Assembly: GCF_006345805.1 (NCBI RefSeq)
Contig: NC_043015.1
Coordinates: 47,492,001 to 47,556,000, forward strand
DNA length: 64,000 nucleotides
From: Octopus sinensis
Lineage: Eukaryota
Direction: 5' to 3'
Position 1 is the stretch's first letter. Every line of letters starts with the position of its first letter. The translations under genes and the position numbers were made by a program. This document shows positions 52,289-64,000 of this stretch, one piece after another. Below the pieces are notes generated by a model. That model had not been told where the DNA came from and made no database searches. It saw nothing but the letters and a program-made list of their open reading frames with translations.

Positions 52289-53508
52289 TGCCTCAGTGTC
52301 GTTAAATGAGAAAATGACTGACATTGGAGATTAGAATTGGACTGAGGAACTAATTTACCAAATATTTACCTTTACTTTTAAATACTCACCTGTTAGTTGA
52401 AACTACAACTGTAGATTATTTTATTAATATCATTATCATTATTATTATTATGATTATTATTATTATTATCATTATTATTACTTTCTTTTTTTCTTCTTTC
52501 AAATTTGCTTCCATTTCTTGCCGAGTGTCTTCCCGACTCCTAGGGCAAAGAAACTCATAGTATACATTGGTAGGCCATTAAACTAAACTCAATTGTTCGT
52601 TCATTTTTTTTTTAAGTTAAATTAAAATACATGGGTAGTAATAATTCTCACATCGTTATTATTATCATTATTATTATTTAGACAGAGATAGTACTCATAA
52701 ACCTTACAGGTCATCTGAAATAGATAAAGTTAATCTAATAATCTTTAGTTTGAAATCATTATTTAAAAGGAAAACGTGGGCTGGAAATTTTGGAGAATTG
52801 CAGTTCTGGGAAGGAAGAATTTATGATGTTTAGCATAGATTCCAGGCTAGAGCTTGGTAAGGCTGGTTAGAGGAACAAATATGTTTGGGCTGGATTGGTG
52901 ATACACGGCTATCTAGCTCAAAATGAAAATCATTGTAATGATAATATAAGCAGTAACACAAATATACAATGAGTTGGTGGACATGAGGTATGTGAGTTGA
53001 TGAGTGAAGGCTTATCTATACAGTTTATGTGGCAGCTGTAGAGTTCTGGATACGAGGGACACACATGTCTCTTCTATTAAGGGACAACAAATGTTGAAGT
53101 ACTTTTTGGAAGTATTTCAACAGTATAGAAGAAAAAGAACCCTTTCAAACGCAGTTTTTGCCATATTAATCCTTTAGATTTTAAACTGGCCATACCAGGC
53201 CCAAACACTTTATGTTTTATGTTAGAACTAACAGATCTGCTCTCTCACATTCACTCAATAATGTCTTTCGAAAAACAAACAATCGCTCATCAAAATTTCA
53301 TAGCTTCAAAATAATCCATGATTAATTTAAATAGGCATAGGAGTGGCTGTGCGGTAAGTAGCTTGCTTACGAACCACATGGTTCCGGGTTCAGTCCCACT
53401 GTGTGGCACCTTGGGCAAGTGTCTTCTACTATCGCCTCGGGCCAACCAAAGCATTGTGAGTGGATTTGGTAGACAGAAACTGAAAGAAGCCGTCGTATAT
53501 ATGTATAC

Positions 53509-53549
<41 letters not shown>

Positions 53550-54544
53550 TGTGTCTGTGTTCGTCCCCCCAACATCACTTGACAGCCGATGCTGGTGTTT
53601 ACGTCCCCGTAACTTAGCGGTTCGGCAAAAGAGACTGATAGAATAAGTACTAGGCTTCCAAAGAATAAGTCCTGGGGGTCGATCTGCTCGACTAAAGGTG
53701 GTGCTCCAGCATGGCCACAGTCAAATGATTGAAACAAGTAAAAGAGTAAAAGAGTAATTGTGTAAATAAATAAGCATTGCATTTGACAAAGTAACCTGAA
53801 CGCTAAAGAGTTTAAGGGTGTGTTGTAAAAAATCATAAGTAAATGGAAAACTTAGCAAAAATATATCTCACTTCAACTACCTTTGTAAACAGCTTCCGTC
53901 ATCCTCACTAGCATCACTGCATCCTATGTGATAAAGCAATACACATCAGGGCGCACAGTATCATTTCCAATTAAGCAGAGCTGCTTTATATCTAGATAAA
54001 TGGGTTTGCAGATATATTTGTCCACATATATGTAGGCACAAGGATCGCTGTGTGGTAAGAAGCTTGCTTCCCAACCACATTCCAGGTTCAGTCCCACTGC
54101 GTGGCACCTAGGGTAAATGTCTTCTACTACAGCCTTGGGCCAACCAAAGCCATGTAAGTGAATTTGGTAGATGGAAACTGAAAGAAGCCCATCATATGTG
54201 TGTGTGCATGTGTGTGTGATTGTCCCCTGCTGCCAATTGACACCACTGCTGTTCCTGTCTTTGCATCTCCATGATCTAGCGGTTCAGCTGGGGAGACTGA
54301 TGAAATAAGTGCTAAGCTTAAAAAAAGAAAATACTGGGGGTTGATTAGTTCTACTAAAATTCATCAGAGTAGTGCTCCAGCATGGCTGTAGTCTGATGAC
54401 TGAAACAAGTAAAACATACATAATGATAACAAACTTATTGTATACAGTGCTCAGGTGCACTGAAACTCATTAGAAAAGGTAGCCAAAAGTGCATGAACAG
54501 GACATGGAATAATACACAGAAAGAGTTCAGTTCTATATTTAAGA

Positions 54545-54792
54545 GATGAAGAATTATGTACATTATTTACGGATATTTGTCCTCATCTTGTTTGTTATTA
54601 ACACGTTTCGGCTGATATACCCTCCAGCCTTTATCAGGTGTCTTGGGGAAATTTCGAACCTGAGTTCTCATTCCTAAGATATTTTTCGATGTTATCATTA
54701 TTATTATTATTATTATTCAGGTCACTGCCTGGAATCGAACTCAGAATCTTGGGGTTAGTAGTCCATGCTTTTAAACCACTACACCATATGCC
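54545..54792 (-). mobile_element. tRNA-derived SINE with an (AAT)n linker and a hammerhead-like tail, family 4
   Basis: Head GGCATATGGTGTAGTGG (A box) and GAGTTCGATTCC (B box). Tail GACAC-CTGATAA-A-GGCTG...CAGCC-GAAACGT at 54598-54642. Confidence 0.7.
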
Positions 54793-56615
54793 ATATGTAA
54801 ATAATGTAAGTGAATGAGTTGTTTAAAAACAAAAAGTGGACATCAGATGAATTTCAGGAAGCATGGAAGTTTAAAAGATGTAGTGTCCCGACAGCTAACA
54901 ACTGATATGGATTGTCTATTCCCTACTTCAGCAATTCTGAGTATTAGAAAATGTTTCCAAAAGTCATGGGTGCTGTGTTGTTTTTAGATTATATACCTAA
55001 TCATTTGATGGACTTAACTACAAGTGAAAGTCTACTCAATCGAGGATGGTCTTGGGTCACTTGGGTACTTTGGAGTACTTGGGTCACTTGGGTTCTTTGA
55101 AATTGCACTTCTATACCAATATTATTTTCACAGAGGCCAGATCATATACTATGTCGAACTATCAGCATCAGTTAGTATCTTCCCCAACCTTTGTCCCTAC
55201 CATCACACCAACTCTTCAAATACATTTCACTTCCAAACTTAGTCTTTATTCACTTTATTGTCTTAATACTGCCAAATCAAAACAAAAACTTTTTAACCTT
55301 CCTATGACACAACAATCCATGCCTCCCAAACGTTCCAGTGCTTAAAGCATTGGAACTCTGCTAGTTCTGTGTCAACTAATTTTCTCGATGTATGTACTTC
55401 ACTTTGGAACAATCTGAAATAATTAAGCAAGCAACAAACCTCCTCTCCTTAGTTCTTACATCTCAAAGATAGTGAAGATGATTGTAGACGACCTCCTCTT
55501 TCAGCAGAGCTTGAATCTCTCTCTCTCTCTCTCCCACTCTTTCTCTCCAGTTTCTGTAGAACTAGATCTACAAGAGGCTTGCTCTTCTTTATCAAACACT
55601 TTGATATCATGAAAACCTTCTATTGTATCTTTCATGAGAACTAGGAAGTTGCTCACATATGTTCTCTGTATAGCTACCAACACCTCAGATATAAGTTTTC
55701 TGATACACCATTGTATTGCACAATATACAAACTACTCTCTCTCTCTCTCTCTCTTTCTCACACATCTCACAATGTTAGCAATCCACTAAGTTCAATTATG
55801 ACGCCAATACTTTTCCATGTGTATAGTAATGACTTACTTGCTCTTATAATTAAACACATTCACATGCAGGAGTGGCTGTGTGGTATGTAGCTTGCTTACC
55901 AAACACATGTTCCAGGTTCAGTCCCACTGCGTGGCACTTTGGGCAAGTGTCTTCTACTATAGCCTCAGGCTGACCAAAGCCTTGTGAGTGGATTTGGTAG
56001 ATGGAAACTGAAAGAAGCCCATCGTATATATGTATATATATATATGTATGTGTGTTTTGTGTTTGTCTCCCCCAACATCACTTGACAACTGAAGCTGGTG
56101 TGTTTGCGTCCCCGTCACTTAGCAGTTCGGCAAAAGAGACCAATAGAATAAGTACTAGGCTTACAAAGAATAAGTCCTGGGATCGATTTGGTCGACTAAA
56201 GGCGGTGCTCCAGCATGGCCGCAGTCAAATGACTGTGAACAAGTAAAAGAGTAAGCAGATAATGCTACTCTTCACTCCTTAACATTCCATAGATCTAACC
56301 TGGATACCTCCTTGAGTCAGCAAAACATCACCTCCTTAAAACAGACCCCTCAAATGCATCCGTTCATAGAGATGTGGTAACATAGTCACTTTCAATAGGA
56401 CAAAAATGCAAGTAACACGCATATCAAGAAAACATGCAGAACATGTTCAAGGACCAAAAACTGACTACAAATGATACATTTATAGAAACCTGTATTTATT
56501 AAATTATATCTAAATAACTACATATTGAACCAATTTATTTAACGTAGCAATACAAATCCTTTAAGTAATTATAATATCACTAGCTGACCACTAATTGTAG
56601 TATTTTATATATAAA

Positions 56616-56977
56616 CTAGAGCTATGACCCAGCAACGCTGGGTCATAGTGCTAGTGCAAGCATATACAGCTGTGTGCATGTGCACATACATGCAAGTACT
56701 GTCCAAATCGCCAACCAATCACATACAGCTAGCTGGCATTCAATTGGCGTATCAAGTTTCGGGCATTTTGATTGGGTTTTGGTTAGAAAATTCACAAAAA
56801 AGTCACTTCTATTGATTTTTTAATGGCTTTGCAGGATGACTGGGGAAATGTAAAGATGTGCACAACCACCCTTGGACGGTTTTGAATGACCATAGAAAGT
56901 GCAAGCCCTCTAACTGAAAAATTGTGGATTTGTATAAAGGACACACACGCAGACATTTTGCCATTTATATATATAGA
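56616..56977 (-). mobile_element. Non-autonomous Helitron, second family; a 5'-part copy lies at about 42915-43110
   Basis: 5' TCTATATATAT start, 3' hairpin TATGACCCAGC/GCTGGGTCATA followed by CTAG|T. Confidence 0.75.
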
Positions 56978-57252
56978 AATAAGGTACAAATAAGGTACAT
57001 AATAATCACACATACATTCACATACTTACTTGTACACACACACACACATACACATATATGCTCACACAGAGTGGAAACGCTGATATTTTTTTCACCCCTT
57101 CCTTCCTTATTCATCTATCACCCCTTTCTTTCTCTCATTGCTATTATTTCTCTCACTCCCTCTCAGTCGGGGCTATTACTCTCACTACTTCTCTGTCACT
57201 GAATTACTATTTTCTCTCCTCCTCTGCATCCAGCACGATTCTGGACATACAT

Positions 57253-57301
<49 letters not shown>

Positions 57302-57994
57302 TATACACACACACAAATATATAAAAATACTACACTCATTATCATGAGCATTACAACAGCATTACAAATATAATTATACACAATAGTTACCAGATAAAAA
57401 TTCTATTATATATTGTAAATTTACAATTACAATCTCTGATGATTTGTCATGGAGACCACACACCCACACACACATGTGCACCACACACACACACACACAC
57501 ATACATGTGCACATGCACACACAACATTGTCAAAACCACATTCTAAAGATAAGGAATTTCTGTTCAGAACCAGAATATAATTTAGCTGCAATTATTTTGT
57601 TAACTGTCAGCAAAGAACAAATGTAACCCACTCTAGGGTATCGCTAACATATAAAGTACAATTAACATTGCTAAACACACACACACATGCATGCATGCAC
57701 ACACACATATACATTGTGGTTGCAGTTGAAATCTATTAATCTGGTAAAGTCTTACACAACAGCACACAGCAATTCTAAGCTCAGAGGGCCATTATTTCAT
57801 ATATATGATAAGAAGAGAACTATGCATTTTCGAAAAGGATATAATAAGAATGAAAAACAAAAAAACATTGGACATAAAATCAACGAAGATGCACAAGGAA
57901 CCTTCATTTCAATGGTATTTGACTTTCATAGAAAAGTAATTCACAGGCTAGTAGCAGTAAGAGTAGAGAGCAGAACCAATAGCACTATTGGTTA

Positions 57995-58218
57995 AGACGG
58001 CGAGCTGGCAGAAACATTAGCACGCCGGGCGAAATGCGTAGCCGTATTTCGTCTGCCGTTACGTTCTGAGTTCAAATTCCGCTGAGGTCCACTTATCCTT
58101 TCAGGGTCGATAAATTAAGTACCAGTTACGCACTGGGTCAATCTAATCGACTTAATCCGTTTGTCTGCCTTTGTTTGTCCCCTCTACGTTTAGCCCCTTG
58201 TGGGTAGTAAAGAAATAA
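57995..58218 (+). mobile_element. tRNA-like SINE family B (~230 bp); representative copy
   Basis: GGCGAGCTGGCAGAAACGTTAGC head, GAGTTCAAATTCC B box and body CTTTCATCCTTTCGGGGTCGATAAATTAAGTACCAG (resembles the Nin domain). More than 20 copies, e.g. 1864, 2055, 10598, 18700, 19715, 33320, 41130, 62280. Confidence 0.88.
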
Positions 58219-59777
58219 CTATTGGTTCATGGAAGAAAATATGCATAAAATTTATGGCCTCGTTCTCCATTGGTTATGACAACGAGTGTTCCTGTTGATT
58301 CAATCAACTGCTTGGGAAATTAATGTGCAAGAGGCTGGGCACTCCACAGACACACGTACCCTTAATGTAGTTCTCAAGGAGATTCAGTGTGACTCAAAGT
58401 GTGACAAGGCTGGCCCTTTGAATTACAGGTACGACTCATTTTTTTTTGCCAGTTGAGTGGACTGGAGCAACATGAAATAAAGTGTCTTGCTCGTGGGCAC
58501 AATGCCCCACCAAGAATTGAACTCATGGTCTTACAATCATGAACTGAATACCCCTAACCACTAAGCCACACGCCTTCACATGAAATTTATGAAATCCCGG
58601 TTAGTCAGTATATTTTGATGAAGAAAACATTTAGATTACTCTTTTACTTGTTTCAGTCATCTTGACTGCGGCCATGCTGGAGCACCACCCTTAGTCGAGG
58701 AAACTGACCCCAGGACTTATTCTTTGTAAGCCTAGTACTTATTCTATCGGCCTCTTTTGCCAAACCGCTAAGTTACGGGGACATAAATACACCAGCATCG
58801 GTTGTCAAGCAATGGGGATATGCATATACATATATACGATGGGTTCTACCAAATCCACTCACAAGGCTTTAGTCAGCCCGAGGCTACAGTAGAAGACACT
58901 TGCCCAAGGTGCTACACAGTGGGACTGAACCCAGAACCCTGTGGTTGGTAAGCAAGCTACTTACCACACAGCCACTCCTGTGCCTCTGATTAGAAATATA
59001 TGTGATATAGTTTGCAAGGAAAGGAAGAGCATGATGATATAACATGTGACCAATAGGAGAACCAAAGGTATAGGGTGTGGCAGAAATCTGAAGCATAATA
59101 AAATAGCATCACAAATGAGATTTATTTGGATTATAAAAAGGCAAAAGCAGAAAACTATAAATTCATTTATCCTCAAAGTTCTGCATTCTGCACATAAACA
59201 AATAGAAACTCCATTAAAACAAAAGCAAATTATTGAAGCCAAATCCTTCTCTCTGATACAAAATATGATATACAGATCCTTTGATTGTTCTTAATTTTCA
59301 GTGAGAATATCTCATCAACGTCATAATAAAACTAAATATTTCCTTAAAATACTTCAACTGTGACAGTCCATAACAAACGAGTAGGCACAACATTGCTTCA
59401 GTTCGGTGAGCAGATGAAAACAATATGATAAGAAGAGAACTATGCGTTTTTCGAAAGGATATAATCAGAATAAAAAAATAAAAAAATAAGATAATAATGA
59501 AAAAAAAAAAAAGATCTGAAGATTAAACAACCCCAGTTCTCAGGAAATCATTATGTGTGTATATGAGTGTGTAAATATATGCAAATATATATACTAGGAG
59601 AGGAAATCTGTGTTATATCTGTGTGTGCGTGTATGCTGCTGCTATATGCATTTATACACACACATGTGTGTATGTATGTATGAATGTATGTATGTATGTA
59701 TGTGTGTGTGTATATATATATATATATACATATGTATATATGATGATAATGACGATATACATATATATATATATATA

Positions 59778-59951
59778 GTCAGTCACCCTGATGGATCGTT
59801 GGTTCTTTCCTTGTTTTTTTCTGTGTCCCTTTCTGTAGAAGAGCATAGGCTCGAAACAAAAGACTTTTTCTATTCCTGAGCATTATACTAATACATCTGT
59901 TTGTTTTGTACACCACCTGTCTTCGTCTTTTGTTTTTTTCGTAAACTCTCC

Positions 59952-59952
<1 letters not shown>
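59778..59952 (+). mobile_element. Second copy of the family 3 hammerhead-like repeat
   Basis: CUUU-CUGUAGA-A-GAGC(AUAG)GCUC-GAAAC at 59829-59857; the GUH triplet is missing. (TA)n on both flanks. Confidence 0.6.
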
Positions 59953-59987
<35 letters not shown>

Positions 59988-60587
59988 CACACACACATAT
60001 ATATATATATGAGGATAGTATAACAAGAGGATGGAGGATAACAGGTTTTTAATAGTAGGTGATATTTGTTTCTATACCACATTCTAGCTTTAAGTTGCTG
60101 AGTTTATATTCAAAAACCATTATAAAACATTCTTTATAATTATTATACAGTTGAGTGCTGCTCAGCAACAGCCATATACAGGCACTTTATCAAGCTGGAT
60201 GAATCTTATGTAAAGAGGAGTTCCATATGAGTATCTTGCCCAGGAATAAACTCCAGTGTAGGATATCATGTTCTTGTCAAATAATGACATAAGGCCTCTT
60301 ATATGCATGTTATGAGGTTTTCACCCGAAGTATACTATATGTGTATATATATATATAAATATATATATATAAATAATTATAAATTAGGGTATCTATGAGT
60401 TACCACCATGCTGCATTCTAATTAAGGTGGTTTTAGAGTCAGATCATGGCTGCTATTTTCAGCATGGTGGTATCTCGTAGATACCCTGATTTATAATTTT
60501 AATAATTATTACCTTTGAAGGTTATTTTTTCCATGCTGACCACGTGATAAAATCGTTATTTTATTTTAAATTAACGATCTTATGCTC

Positions 60588-60626
<39 letters not shown>

Positions 60627-61291
60627 CACACACACACACACATATATTTACTTGAAAATCTTGGAAATGGATATGTATCTATATATATATATATACAAAG
60701 AAATGATTGAAGAAAAAAATCCACCGAGTGAATTATATATATATAAAAGAAAGGAAAATACACAGAAATTTTGTTGGAATATATCTGTATCTATACATAT
60801 ATATATAAGAAATAAAATACTTACATAGTTAACCGCTTTTGCTTATGCTAATCATGACTATGTAGTTATAATGTTATGATTTCATGCTATCATAACAAGT
60901 TTTCATTCCACAGCATGAAATTATAACATTATCACTAACTACTTAGTCATGATTAGCATAAGCAAAACCAGTTGACTACATAAATATTTTATTTCAGAAA
61001 TATATACGTACATACATACATATGTACACACACACACATGTCAGTGAACTAATGTATAAATATCATAAAACATCCACAGTAAGTTTAATAATTAACACAT
61101 TATTAACCTCCAAAATATCATTACAAATCAGTAAATCCCAGTAGAATAAGCTTGATGTACATATGGAATTGACAAAAATGATCACTGAGAACAGCGTATT
61201 TAAGAAAAAAGCGCCAATGCATATATTTCACATACATGTCATAATTTAGTTGTGCTACACACACACACACACGTGTGTGTGCGTATATATG

Positions 61292-61322
<31 letters not shown>

Positions 61323-61407
61323 ATAAAGATAGAAATTGATATTAATCAATTAAAACCAGTGGCCTAGCATATTTTTTTAAATCCGAAGATTAAAAATTTT
61401 ATACTTA

Positions 61408-61620
61408 CAAAATTTAGAGGAATGACCACTAATAGTGGACAGCCTGTATGCTAGAAATAGACGTCAAACTCGCCATTTTCATTTGTCTTGCTTATTTTTA
61501 AACTTTGGTTTTTTGCTGAATTTTCTCTTGAGAACACATTCTTTATGGCAAATGGCGAGTTTGACGTCTATTTCTAGCATACAGGCTGTCCACTATTAGT
61601 GGTCATTCCTCTAAATTTTG
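61408..61620. mobile_element. Tc1/mariner-type MITE with perfect 71-bp TIRs
   Basis: 61408-61478 is the exact reverse complement of 61550-61620; TA on both sides. Confidence 0.9.
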
Positions 61621-64000
61621 TATATATATATATTATATGTCATTATTCTCATCATCATCATTCAACATCCACTTTTCCATGCTTGCATGGATCAGACAAA
61701 TTGTTGAGACAGATTTTCTATGACCAGATGCCTTACCTGTTTTCCAGTAAGGTAATATCCTCCATGACCAGACATGGTTTCATGGAGGATCACAACTGGC
61801 TTCTTTCGATTTTTGTCTCTCACTCTCCCATGCACTGCATCTACTTCTCCCCTCACTCTCATGCAACCTACACACACACACACACACCAACATCATCTCA
61901 TTTTCATCCTTGTCTACTTTATTATTGTTACTATTCTACTACTGTTCACTTCTTTCTGTACTGTCAGTCATCACCTACTCTCCCCAACTTTTCACCCTAT
62001 CTCATATGTATCAACAGTCCACCATTCATTACATCCACTCCTCAACCCAACCCAATCTCCACAATCTTCACTTACACTCTCCTACCTTCACATATACATT
62101 ATCAACCACTCATCTATCCTTGTTTTTCATTCCATACATACACCCCACACACCTTTCTCCATTTCTTATTTCTTTACTGCTGATAAAGGGCTACACACAG
62201 AGGGGACAAACAAGGACAGACAAAGTCGACCTCGGCAGAATTTGAACTCAGAACGTAACAGCAGACGAAATACCTATTTCTTTACTACCCACAAGGGGCT
62301 AAACACAGAGGGGACAAACAAGGACAGACAAACGGATTAAGTCGATTACATCAACCCCAGTGCGTAACTGGTACTTAATTTATCGACCCCGAAAGGATGA
62401 AAGGCAAAGTCGACCTCGGTGGAATTTGAACTCAGAACGTAAAGACAGACGAAATACCGCTAAGCATTTCACCTGGCGTACTAACATTTCTGCCAGCTCG
62501 CCACCTTTCTCCATTCCTTTCACTTATCTCCATCTCTTACCAACCCTCTCTTACTCACCCCATATACTCTTGCAAACTCTACCCACCCTCACACTCAGTT
62601 TTTCTGTTCCCACTCCCTTTTGTTCACCCTCTTGTATCATCAGGATCCACCTTGATACCACATCTCTGCTATTTTATCTCTTTTTCAAGTTCCACTCAAA
62701 CTACTTTAGTAATGTAAGTAACCATGTAGCTCCTCTACAGCAGGAAACCTGTTCTATTCTCTCATCATTTAGCCTTGCATCTCCAAGCATAAAGCCACCT
62801 TCTTCTCTTCTGTAGTCCCACTCAGTCAAAGTGGTTTTTGACTCATGAGCTGCATATTGTGCTGGTGTCATAGAAAAAGCACCAAACGCATGGTGTAAAG
62901 CAGTTGGCATTAGTAATGGCATCCGGTCATACAAACCATGTCAAAGCAGATAATGACGCATGATACAGTCAAACCTGTCAAACTATCCAACCCAAGCCAG
63001 CATGGAAGATAAACATTAAAAGATGATGATGATTATGCAGCTACATAATTGTAATCACAGAAAACACAATGTTCAAATTTCCTAAATTATATTTTCTTTC
63101 TAATAAATGTTATTTTCTTGCAATGCTTTAAAGTTTGTAGCATTCTTTTATCTCTCCTGTATATTGCTTGCTGTTTCCTTGAACAATATGATCGATAAGC
63201 AATTATTTCCATTTTAATCTGTATCTAAAGATGCAAAAAATCATATTATGGTTATTCAATGTTCTTGAAGAAAGATGAAAACACTGGTTCTAATTGAAGT
63301 GAGTTTTGTATTTCTGATCCATGAAGAATGATATATTTTTCAATTAAAGAAGTCGTACATTAAATATATAACATTTTCAAGTTACATTCATAATAAACTA
63401 TTGAAATGATTTAAAAAATAACTGAAATCTATTACAAATTTTACCTTGAAATTAATAGATTTTGAAACAAAAATAAATTACATAAACAAAAGTGCTGCCT
63501 AAGACTGACATATGTAAGTCAGAGAGAGAGAGAGACAGTGATCTAAGGCTGAGATGTCAGCAATTGAAGAATTAGAGATTGGTGTATTTCAAAAGAATAT
63601 ACAAGGATTTTGCAATTTGGAAATAGTACCGAATGAAATGAAGAATATGGGTAATGTTTTATAAAGGAGAATAAACACATATGAATATTATTGCAGTAAG
63701 CAGTTTGTGAAAATGTGAATCTATCAAAAACAGTAGGAAAGGAAATGAATGGATTAATGTATAATGAATGAACAGCCACAAGTTGATGTTTTATAGCAGG
63801 TAAAGCTTTATTCATTAATCAATCTTCTGGTAAAAATGAGTAATGATGCTTGTAGTTAAATGAACACCATCTTAAAAATAAGATCTGTGCTTTATCAAGT
63901 AATAATAAGGCTGAATTAATTACAATGGTGCTGACATCTTGTTGGTACCTCTAGATGGTGGTATTTCAGAATTGTCAGATGCTTATTTCTATTTATGAAT

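Noticed and set aside
52381-52415. Minus-strand CAG|GTGAGT as a recursive splice site or RAB27 first exon
   Set aside because: There is no polypyrimidine tract and no in-frame ATG, and nothing else supports it.
55501-55683. 60-aa minus-strand ORF as the RAB27 start exon
   Set aside because: It has no Rab similarity, runs into a (GA)n tract and lies beside LINE-like debris.

Overview
AT-rich, repeat-dense animal genomic DNA. The SINE, microsatellite and MITE landscape looks like coleoid cephalopod (Octopus-like) sequence, which is an inference. Two intron-rich genes converge. The 3' part of a LANCL3-like gene lies on + (exons 767-884, 6026-6247, 11018-11385). A RAB27 gene lies on - (exons 38762-38842, 35119-35225, 32374-32459, 26463-26690, 20276-20483; start codon not found). 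The rest is tRNA-derived SINEs, 5'-truncated RTE LINEs, dead Tc1 and mariner transposons, piggyBac-, hAT- and TA-type MITEs, non-autonomous Helitrons, mini- and microsatellites and many long foldbacks. The most notable observation is at least four unrelated small repeat families that each fold into a type I hammerhead-ribozyme-like core (CUGANGA - stem II - GAAA - palindromic stem III - UH - stem I). Three of them cluster at 3.6-4.9 kb in a LANCL3 intron, and some have non-canonical cores (U4C, A6U, extra A after A9). All RNA folds were worked out by eye and none was computed or tested.
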